The notes under the pieces: model-generated
What the model was told of the DNA's origin: nothing
The model's input: the letters and a program-made list of their open reading frames with translations, nothing else
Databases searched by the model: none
Origin: Hydrolagus colliei
Taxonomy: Eukaryota
Direction: 5' to 3'
Length of the DNA: 64,000 nucleotides
NCBI GenBank assembly: GCA_035084275.1
Contig: CM068749.1
Location: 12,648,001 to 12,712,000 of the forward strand
Shown: one piece after another, positions 1-12,000 of the stretch
How positions within the stretch are numbered: the first letter of the stretch is position 1
Layout of the letters: each line of letters opens with the position of its first letter
Program-made: the position numbers and the translations under genes

Positions 1-27
1 CAAATATTATGACATCTGTCAATGTCG
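1..27 (+). CDS. PTPRC: PTPRC ectodomain exon, 3' end only (NIMTSVNV)
   Basis: Open frame ending at phase-1 donor G|GTAAGA at 28; phase matches the next exon. Confidence 0.6.
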
Positions 28-3000
28 GTAAGAAGTATACTTTCTCCTTGTGCTGTACAATGTTTGTTTCACTTGCTTGTGAGTACTGTTTTTCTTCTCT
101 TATCAACTTGGCTCAGTTGGAATTACTGTTTCCTCTGAGCAAGAAGATCAAGTCCCATATTGTGAGTCTTAATCTTGGCCAATAGAAAAGTGAGGTTGCA
201 ATTTTTCTGCGGAATCCACTACAAACGCTGTCCGCTACAAACCCACCATAAATGCAGTTTCTGGCCCGTGGGCCGCTCGTGCTATTTACCTGATGTCACT
301 GTGGGCGGAGCGACTGCGGACGCACATGTGTGATGTGGCGCAAGAGGCAAATGGGCTTCACTCAGAGGTTATTGGAGATGCAATTCTTCAGATGAGATGT
401 TTATTAAAAATCCCATGGCACTATTGAAAAGAGAAGGAAATTTCTCCCACTGTTTGGGCTGATAATCCCCCTGAATAAAATTTGTCATTCAATTTTCGCA
501 AAGGGACATAGCTTTGCACATAATACTTGCCACATTTGTCTACAAGATACAAAGTCACTACAGTTTACAATATCTTTTGTGAAGCACTTTGAGACGTTCA
601 TCCAATGTGAAAGGCACTATACTAAATGGAAGAATTATTATTATCACAGATATGATACCTTTTAAAGTACTTCACACGACTACTGTAAAGTGTTGAGTAA
701 AGCATTGTAGGTTTATCGGTGAATACAGCGGCTAATTTTTGCATAGCAATGTCTCACCAAAAGCCCTTAAATGAATAACGGATTTTATTTTGAGAATTGC
801 TGGCTAGGACACTGGAAGAAACTCCCTTCTTGTTTTGTCATAGTGCCACGGGATCTTTAACATTCACATGAACAGGTAGACGGGACCTTGGTTTAACATC
901 TCATGTGAAGGTCAGAACCTCCAACAATGCAACTACCTTGCAGCACCTCACTGGAGTGTCAGCCTGTAATTGAAAATATGACATGAGCCTTAAATCATCC
1001 AAAACTGAGTGTTGCCAACTGAGACAGATTGTTACCTTTTATTTTATTAGTATTTTATTATTAACAATAAATAAGAATTAACAAAAGGCTCATTCGAATG
1101 TATCTACGGCATTTACGTCTGCAGCTGTGAGGATAATCCAAGGGTCCTGTGGGTTCACTCCATTCACCCTACAGAATAGGATCCACAACATCAGTAGTAA
1201 TACAGAATCCAGCTCAGTTTGCTCAAAGCCAAAGATAATGCCAACACTCTGCCCCTTTACCTTGCTGCCGCAGTTCAAGAGAATCATTGCTTTAACTCTA
1301 GAGAATAATTTCTGTAATGTGAAAAAAAACTTTCCTTGACAACTGATGTCGCAATTTCTTTTGCTTTACATTGCCTGCTTTTAGCCTGTTGTAATGTTCG
1401 ATGATAGATATCTACCTGGAGAAAGCAATAAAAAGATGAAACACAGGAAATGCTGAAGATTTAAAATAAAACCAAAAAGTACCAGGAAGTCAGAGTAGAT
1501 CAATCAGCATCTGAAAGAATGTTGCTACCTCAGATGGGATCATATATTGGTAAAAAAAAACTTTAACTGATTCTAATATGAGTTTCTTTCTTTTACAGTG
1601 GAAAATCAACGAAAGAAATGCAAAGTCGATAAGAATAAATTTGTTTGTGAGGGATTGCTTCCATACAAAAACTATACAATCTGTCTGAAAACCGAATTGT
1701 CGTGCAATGATAGCACCTACGAAAGTAAAGAAAACTGTTCTATTCACCAAACAGATATAGGAAGTAAGTAATATCATTTAATATTGCAATGTTCATAGAT
1801 GGTAAATATTCAATTGTTGGGGTCATAATTCACTAAAATTAATTCCCACAAATCTATATTTAATTCATTTAGTTCTTTACAAGCTTTTCTTTAGAGAATT
1901 TGTTTATTTCCTACTTATGCTAAATATTGCACAATGATTTATTCAAGAATGTTATTCATTGATGTAGTATTCTATTCTATTTCAATTGAATCTAGGAGTA
2001 ATGTTGTATTAGTGGTAATTGTAGTGTTTCCGATCTCCTTTAATCAACCTCCACAGAAGGGAAATAAGCAAGGATCATTATTTATTTATTCATTATAAAT
2101 AAAGAGCTCAGGTGGAATATAGAGCAAAGTTTGCATTGTACTTTCACTAAAGAAAGAACTTTCATAAGATTGCAAGAGAGATTTGAATGAAGTTGCACCT
2201 CAAGCCATTTAATCTCATTGTTCCAGAATAATCATCCCAAATTCCTCCCATTACAGAATCAAATTGTTTCTAAAACGTTTGACTTCAATAACCATTCCTG
2301 GTTACAAGTCTACTTAGTATCCCCTGTTCACGGTATTGTGACTGGAATATATGTTATCTGAGGAGACGTGATCTATCAACACAGTGGCTCAAAATAATAA
2401 TGATGCTTGTGTTTGATATAAATCAAAGCGCTTCAGATATGTCTCCCACAAAATTGTTGGCCAGGACAGTGAATAGTGCCATGGCATCTTTAACATCCAC
2501 CTGAATAGGCAGGTGGGACCTCAGTTTAATATTTCATCCGAATGATGGCACCTCTGACAATGCAACACCTCCCTAGCACTGCATTGGTGTGTCATCTTAA
2601 AGCATGTGATTCCAATGTGGGGCTTGAATGCACAACCTTTGGACTCAGGCAGGGCAAGAGTGCTACCACTGCACCAGGCTGACACACTATACTAGCATAT
2701 CAAAGCTCTGACTCACAACATTACCCCATAGTCTCATTTTAAAACCCTAGTACGATCAGTTATGCTGAATTTCTGTTCACCTGTAATGAGGTAGCTGTAC
2801 CTTCAGCACAATACACCACATTCCATTAAAATAACTGGAAGATTGTCACTTCAGTTTGAGAGAACCTTGCTGCATAAATTGATCGAGTGAAATGCAGGAT
2901 TGGTGACAAAAAAAAGCTCAGTAAGACAACAACAACAATAAAATTACATTTATAAGACCTCAATAACTAGTGATTTATGGCCCAGCACAACTTCGGTTAA

Positions 3001-6000
3001 TGAATTCCTTCTATTGGAGAACATAAGCTACTCTTGCTGTTCAATTTAATTCAATGGCGTAAGTGGTAAATCTTGTTGGTTTCTTTTTTCCTAAAGTTCC
3101 AGGAAATGTCAGTTGTCAACGTCCAACACTTCCGGAAAACAATGTAATTGAAGTTCGTTGTGACCTACCAGAAGATATAAATGGACCAAAAGGAGCCATT
3201 ACAGCAAAAATAGATCCTCATGCAATACCGACAATCACAAATCATAGTAAACACTATACTATTCGGTTTATGAACTTGAGATACCACACCACTTATCACA
3301 TAGAGGTAATTATCTTTCAAGCTTCTGTTGTCCAATGTAAGATGAACATTATACCTTGTACTAATAATATTGTCTTTTAGGTATGGGCAAATAATTCCAA
3401 CCATAGAGGAAAGCCAACAAAAAAAGAGATTAATACTTCATGTAAGTGGAAAAGTTTATTTCAACTGATTTATAGGGATTTTGGTGACAACTTGCAACAC
3501 AGTGAAATCCGGATAATTGAATAGTTTGGTTCATTGAATAGAATTTAGAATTCCCAAAGCATTTTCACACTTAATCTAAGAATATAGATCAGCTAATTGA
3601 ATACCAGATATACGAATACTTTGGTTCATTGAACATTTTTTCCCTCAATCATTCGTATAAAAACCAGAGTTTTTAATCTGAGCCCAAATAAACACATAGT
3701 CCCAAATTATTATATTCTATACTACAGTACGGACATCATCAGAGTCATATATTCCTTCCACCTCCCCTTGCCTCACTCCGCAGAGAGGTGATTATTATCA
3801 GGCATGTGGTGTAAGGAAACTTACCCAAAGTTTCACCCTGCTGGGAATTGAATCCAAGTCTCTCGCTTGTAAGACGAGTGCTCTAAACACTATGTCCTAC
3901 AAATATAGGATGCTGATGATGGTGCAAGATTACAACAACACAGTTTGGTGATTCTTATTTTAAAGCTTCAATTGATGCAATGTAGGGTTGCATAAAGCTT
4001 CAACTGGGCCTCCTGCTCCATAATGCTAGTAGCCTACTCTTTGAATTAAGCCAAAATAAATGCAGAATGATAGTGTCACCCCTATCATTTCCCCTTGTTA
4101 TTTTAAAATTCTTCAGTTACTCAATGTAGCCTTCTCAGCTTTGCAGAATATAGTCAAAATTATTGAGCTTCTTATCAGATACCACAGCTGGACTCCCAAT
4201 TTAGTCAATTGAGCACAATACTAAGTTTATTATTAAACCTATCAAATGATACATGAAATAAATTGTTTATTTGTTATTTTTTGTTTAAGGTAAAAGAAAG
4301 TCTGGTTTCATCATAGATTTTGATGCAACTATTTCTTGCATCCTTAATACTGCATCTATCGCATGAATGCTTTTGATTAGTGTGGGCTGAGTTGTGCGTT
4401 ATTTCTTTCCTTTCTCATAAATAATTGAGACATTGTATATTTCAGTTGATGATGGTGCATTGATTGGATTCCTGGCGTTCCTGATTATTCTAACTTCAGT
4501 GGCCCTGATCGTGGTCCTTTGGAAAATCTACAGTCTGCAGAAGAATTCTCGAAGGTAGCTATCGTATGTGCAACACTTGTTCAACTGGGAGGTTAGGATT
4601 GGAAGTAAATTAAAGCAAGCAACAGCGAGTGTCATGGGCTGATTATTTAGGCACTTATTTGGATAGCAAGATACAAAAACAAATATACCGAATGTTACAA
4701 CATGGAAACAGGCCCACCACACAGTCTAACGACTCTGCGCCATCTCCACATAATAGGATTATGATCATTATTAAGGGATGTCATTATGAAGTGCCTGCTC
4801 CTGTCCACGTGGGTTACAAATTTTTTCACAGACACTGGGATTTGTTATGCACTATATGCTAGTCATATTTACATCTGGTTGCACAAGGCACATCAAAGAT
4901 TACTATCGTTTGAGATAAAAACATTGGAAACTGAATTCTTGGGAAGTGCTGGATAGAAAGCACAGGCCACACCAGCCAAGGGCACAGAGGTTACACCAGC
5001 TGGGGCTCAGGCCACACGGCACGGACATGGGGGCCCAGATTACATAAGACAGGGTGGGCTCCAGGACCAAAGACAAACAGGCCTTTGAGCACAGACAATG
5101 GATACAAACACTGGCACAGGTATAGGGGTAAAGACGTTGGACTGAATGGTCAGCCTGTTTCCATGTGGTAACATTCTGTATATTTGTTTTTGTTGTGGCC
5201 GATGGAATGAAGTACTGCTGTGAAAGATTGAATGGTTTGAAGTGTTTTGCAGTTTACAAAGTCCTGTAGCTCAGTGGTTAGAGCACTTGCCTTGCAAGCG
5301 AGAGACCTGGATTCAATTCCAGGCAGGGTGAAACCTTGGACAAGTTTCCTTACTCCACACGCCTAATAATAATCCCCCCAAAAAATTGGTCGTTTCAATC
5401 CACGACTGTTTGTGGGACACTGCTGTGCGCAGTTGGCCACCGCGTTTCGCCCTCATGTATACAGTCAATTCACTTTACAGTATATTCCTTGAAGCACTTT
5501 AAAACGTGCAGAAGATGTGAAAACCGCTATATCAAATGCAAGGATTATTATTATGTTATTGCAACGTGCATTCATCAGTGAAACATTGTCTTACACTTGT
5601 TATTGACTTTCATATTTTTGTTTTCCATGCAAAACCAGGGATGCTGATGAAAGTATCGAACTTATCGACCATGGTTGGTAAACTTTTTTTTGTACTTGAA
5701 CAAATTTTATGCACCAGAAATTCCTCTGCTCAATCTATTCACTGTCAACCATTTCAGATGATGAAAAGCAACTGCTCAACGTGGAACCAATCCTTGCCGA
5801 GAACCTGCTCGATGCCTTCAGGAGTAAACAGGCTGATGAATCGAGACTGTTTTTAGCTGAATTTCAGGTATGTATAGTTTGTGGAATCCTGCAGCATAGT
5901 GGTTGGAGCATTTGCCTCGTAAGCGAGAGGACCTCGGTTTGAATCCTGGTCGGGCGAAACGTTGGGCAAGTTTCCTTACTCCACATGCCTCTGCTTACCT

Positions 6001-9000
6001 AGCAGTAAGTAGGAACCTGATTCTCTGTCGATTAGTGGGTCCCTTTTCCAGGGCTAATAGTTGCTTAAATAAAATTTTAAAAGAATCGATCAAACCACCA
6101 CTGTTTGTGGCACACACAGTGCTGTGCGCAATTGGCTGCCGCATTTTACCCCCAAAATATACAGTCACTTTACAGTATGTTCCATGAAGCACTTTGAAAG
6201 TCTGGAAGATGTGATCAGGTTCAAATGCTACAATTATTATTGTTATCTGGATTACTAATGTCATGAAATCACACTCTTTCAACATTCCGTCGAAATATGG
6301 TTGGTTGTGGGACATTGCTGTGTGTAAATTGGCTGCTACGTTCTCCCACAAAAAACGCAGTCACACCACTTTACAATATATCCGGTGAAGTGCTTTGGGA
6401 TATTTTCCTGATGTGAAGGATGCTGTATCAACAACAACAATAATTTACATTTTATATAGCACCCTTCACAGTGGGGAGGATCTTGTAGTGCTTATCAAAT
6501 GTAAGTACAGTAAAAGCCTGTTTATCCGGCACCCCCGGGACCTGGCCAATGCCGGTTAAACGGAGAAGAAAACCCAACACAAAAAAAAACTTTTTTTAAA
6601 CATACCATATTAATAATAGACTAAATAATAACAGAATATTGTATGGATAGTTACTAATAAAGCAATAAATGTCTGTAAACACAGCACACAATCACAAAGC
6701 AAACTTCTACAACAGCAGACAGTAGTGGCTTAAAGCGGTACTGTAATTTTTTCCTCTTTTTTTTCTTTCTCTCCCTCTTTCCCTCCCTCTCTCTCTTTCA
6801 CACACACACACACACACACACACTCAGTCAATCTGGCATCTCAATGGCTCCAAACCCAACCCCCTTCACTCCTCATTTTCCATCTAAATTAATCAACTCA
6901 CCCCCTCCTCTCCTCCACCTCTCTCCCCCTCCCACTCCTCTCTGTTTCTCCCCCCCATCTTTCCCTCTCTTCCCCCCCACCACCCTCTCTCTCCATGCCT
7001 CTCTCTCCTTCTCCCACCCCCCACCAAAACTGTGTATAAACCCACTATACGTCAGGCTACACAGGCAATACGTAGCATCTGTCAGAGTGAGAGGGAAAGA
7101 AAGAAAGAGGAAGAGAAAGAAAGAGAGAGATAGAGAGGAAGGAAGGAGAGGGAGAGTGAGAGAAAGAAAAAGAGGGAGAGAGAGAAAAAGGAGAGAGGGA
7201 GGAAAAGACTGTTTTAAGAGGAAAAGACTGAAGTATCACTACCGACAGCATTCAGAACTAATTGTACTGTACTCTTGTGCGACAATCGACTCATTAAATG
7301 CGCCACCGCGATTGTGCCGGATAAGATCCGATTATTTGAATGGGAACCTTTTTTTTGAGGTGCCGGTTATATAGGTCATGGGTTGATTGGGTCACGGATA
7401 AATGGACTTTTACTGTATTATTATAAATTCAGCACACAATCAGCATATCTGCTGGGTGAAATATATAAGCAATTTACAGACTAGAACCAAACTCAGAACT
7501 CAAGCAGAATTACACTGTTAGTTTGAAAAGATGTAATGTGAGAGAATCTGCTCATTTCCATGCTGTCCATACTGGGTTCATTGGATCAAAGTACTGTAGC
7601 TGGTTCCCTGATGTTATCCTATTTCTTCATGTTTATTTAAGATCTTCTCTTCCCTTACACACGTCTGTAGTTAGTCTTATCAATTTCACGGTTATTATCA
7701 GTTGAGTGGTCTCTTTGCAGCCATTAACTGTACAACAGCAAGCGGGATTTGTTCCTTTTTCTGTTCTTTAATTTAAGAAATATCTTTGCGCCACATCCTA
7801 ACCTCTTCTACAGTTCAGTGTGTCTCACCATAAATGAATGGTACAAATTACTATCCTTTAATCTATTACTATTAAAAATATACAGCTGGATCCTTTATTG
7901 TCTTACTGAATACCAAGCTAAATTTGCTCTGTATTGTTCACAGTTAGAATATCTTTATATTGATGTGATACTATATCTCTATAAAATTCTTTAGAGACGT
8001 GGCTAGAGATGTTTGTGGATTTTCAGAGATTGCAAATCTAGAACCTGCCAAATGTTACTTTAATAGTGGGCAAGAATGATTTGATTTTAAAAATTACACA
8101 TTAAAAATTACAGAGCATTCCAAGGGTTTTCAACAAATTTCACGTCAAGGAGGCACGCAAAGCTTACAATTCAAACAAGAATCGATATGTTGACATCCTG
8201 CCATGTAAGTAACAGGATCACCTGCTCAATTTATTCATAGTAGCATAACAGTCAGTTTAAAATGGATTATGTAAAAGCTATAGGGTATATTGTATTTATT
8301 CCTAAATAATTACAGGTATGTGTATAGACAGCACAATGCCAAAAGAAGTAACATTATATAAAGAATACTGCAGTACGTGTGTGGATTAGATAGTACTTGT
8401 TTGAATGAAGTGCCTGACGATTTAATCATCAAACTATCTTTTGGTGAATGTAATCTGGAAATAAAGCTCTTTGTCCTTGAGTTTGAATTTCACAGATACA
8501 TTTATTTAAGTGAACGCTTCCACTTTTCAAAGGGACTCAATTTATACTTCAAGTTGAATATGAAATATAATAGCAATAAACACAGGAGTGCTATGAGTCT
8601 GAGGTTTATTCAGCGACCCAGTCTTTTGTTGCCTCTGGCATGATGATGCCTTACTTACGTGGAAATCAGTCTGTTTACCTTTTTCAGGGTAGGGGCTGAG
8701 GAAGCAGAACAATAAAAAATTTACAGCTCGTGAACCTGGGCAAATTTCCATCCAGGTCTAGATTCATTTTATTTTTGTAGCATTTCAGAGAATCCAGTGT
8801 TATTCAAATTCATAAATACAGCCTTAACTTGAAGCCACTTTTCTCTCCGATCTGTTAAGAATTGCAGAGAACGAGCTTGAAAAGCTAAGAGTGAATTCAA
8901 CAATATGCCAAATTCTAAATGCTCCAAAACATTAAAAAAATTGAATGAATCTATATCCATATGGAAATTCTGCCCGAAAGTACATTATAACCAATGTAAT

Positions 9001-12000
9001 TTGTCTGATTATAAAATATTGCTCTTTATTATATTTGTCATGAATTATGGTGCATGTGGACTAGTTGTTACTTATAATATATAACTTAGGGGACGTATTT
9101 TATGAGTTGAACAGATCTCTCGTACAGTAATTTAAATGTTATGTTATATAGTGTTCTGCTATAGTACAGGACATTACTTTTTGTGATACAAAGCGTTGTG
9201 TTCCGGAATAAATAGAACAGTAAAACTAACATGAAATGAATTTGTATACCATATTTAATAAACTGTAAGTACAGTTTTATTGCTACTTGTTTTAAATCTT
9301 TGTCATTGATGAAAGAATCTTAACTTTGGAAAGATGAGAGAAGAATCACAGTCCTTTAACCAAAACAATTTGAGAGGTCTTGGAGATGTGATAAGGCGCT
9401 CTATCCAATGCAAGATCATTACAACTAGTCTGAACTCTTTCCTGTCGGTTAAAAGTAATGAACTGTTGTACTGTATATTGAAAAGCCGCCGCCTTGTTAT
9501 TTAAATCTACTTTGAAATTAAACTCCAATAACTATCACTGTTTTCTCAAAAGATGATCACAACCGTGTCTCATTGACTCCTGTGACTGGAACACCAGGCT
9601 TAGACTATATCAACGCCAGTTACATTGATGTAAGTGATTACTTTGAACATAGAAACTCGCGCAATTTCTTTTCTGTTCCTTTGAAGCTTGAAGTAAAATA
9701 CTTTGTGAGGAAAATGTGTGATTTTTAATGTTAAATGCAAAACTAGAACTAGGAACAAGTATTACACTGTACCTGGATCAAAAGCTTTCAGTGACAGTTC
9801 TATGGATAAGTCGGGACAATAGGAGTCACATTATTAAATATATCAAATGTGTATTTAAATCAAACAGTATGTTTTTAGTGTTTAAGGATTCTCGTCATTA
9901 TCCTACCTATTTTTCACAGGGCTTCAACGAACCCAAGAAATACATTGCTGCCCAAGGTAAGTAAATTCAGTTCTGTGCATAAATGTTGTTTCAGTTGCCA
10001 ATAAAGTTGAATACACAGGGACAAGCTAGTGAATGGAGCATTGATAGTTACACTCCATTCTCATGCTTACCTTTCTCAGGCCCGAAGGAGGAGACCAGCA
10101 GTGACTTCTGGAAAATGGTTTGGGAGCAAAAAGCAACGAGCATTGTCATGGTAACTCGTTGCGAGGAAGGAAACCGGGTAAATTCCAATTTCCACACATC
10201 TTACTTCTCTTTGTGAACCACATCACCAGCCTTCAATATGACAGCTGATGATTTTGTATTGGATACTTAACCATGGAACCATAGAGAGCACAGAGGTTGG
10301 CCATTCTGCCATTGTACTTGTGCCAGCTCTTTAAGAGCAATTCCTTCAGTCCCTGTTCTTTTCCCACCCTGAAAGTTGATGTATTTTTATGTATTTATCT
10401 AGTTCCTTTCAGTTCCCCATTTCTCAAGTATTTACTGCTTCCCAGAGATTTGTGCCTGTAGATATATAGAGCCACTCTTGACTGCAGTGGGAACAATATT
10501 GTAGTATTGGAGTTCCTACAGCTCAGTGGTTAGAGCACTTGCCTTCCTTGGGTTCAATTCCTGACAGGGTGAAATGTTGGGTGATTTTCTTTACTCCACA
10601 CACCTCTGTTTACCTAGCAGTAAGCAGGAACCCAGTTGTTAGTTAATTGGCGGATCACTTTTCTGGGGGTAATAATTCCTTTAAAAAAAAAAAATTGTCA
10701 CTCAGTCCATGTTTGTTGGGACACTGCTGTATACAATTGGCTGATGAGTTCTGCCAACAATTCAGTCAATTCACTTTACAATATACTCTGTGAAGCGCTT
10801 TGAAACAGCTCAATGATGTGATCTATCAATGCAAGGATTATTATTGAAACTTCTGATTTAATATCTTCATAAAACAGAATGGGGGAATTCATCGTTCCAA
10901 ACTTCATTCCATTTTGCCACAAGCTTCTTTATACTGTAATGTGAAATGATTTAATATCAAAATATTGTTTTATTATTCTGCCAGATAAAACCTATGGAAT
11001 ACAGTTAGCACAATAATCTGTTTTTCTTTAAATAAAGCCCAAATGTGCTCAGTATTGGCCAACTCTTGACGAGCAGAGTAAATCCTTCGGGGATCTTGTC
11101 ATAAAGATTGGTGAAGAAAAGTGGTGCCCTGACTATGTTGTCCGCAAAATTTTCATTTTACACGTAAGTTCAAATAAGCTCCCTGTGATTTCTATGCTAT
11201 GGAAATGCTTTGCATGAAGTTTCTGCGGTCACAGTTATTTTGGTCCTTGCTGAGAGATGAAATAACTAATTGATTGCCTTGCTATTATTCTGCAGAAGAA
11301 GGAGAAGCCCTCAGAAAGAGAAGTTACTCACATCCAGTTCATTAGCTGGCCAGACCATGGAGTCCCGGAGGATCCGCAACTCCTTCTGAAGTTACGCCGG
11401 AGAGTTAATTCATTCAGCAACTTTTTTAGTGGTCCAATAATCGTGCACTGCAGGTAATGAGGAACATGAAATATGCAGCGTTGTCTCAAAGTCTGAAAAA
11501 CATTTCTTAAATTAACTTGCATTTAATTATCTCGTGTTTCAGAGACAGGGCGAGTTATTCTGTGGCGTACCCCTTATTTCTCTGTCAAAGACAATATTTG
11601 CACAACAGCACCCGAACCTGAAACCATTTGACCGAAACATAACTAATCTTTAGATTTGCATTAAGTTTCACTACCCTTTGCACTGAAGTTATGCTCCAGT
11701 TGTTAGTTTAAACCCAGGATGTATTTCAGGAGCAGAGCTAGTAACCAGTGCTTTGTGACATTGGACTGCTGTTCCGGCAAGTAAGGTAGAGCTGTGCATT
11801 TTGTACTCAAGATATGCAGGAAATCATTCTCATCATGCTGTGTAAAATCCTGCTTTATCAAACAATAGAGGAACAAACTCCTGTCTTGTAAACATGCAGA
11901 CTGGCAAAGGAAATATTTACAGTTTGCCTTTCACAAGTGATATAATGTATGACTAAGCATTATTGTTCATGATAATGTACATAAGTGATAGTTACACAGT

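Noticed and set aside
5259-5335. tRNA-Ala-like gene
   Set aside because: It is the head of a SINE: it continues into the SINE body and tail, has a poor acceptor stem, and has many degenerate paralogues.
6844-7374. 176-aa ORF
   Set aside because: Translation of CT and GA simple repeats inside a MITE.
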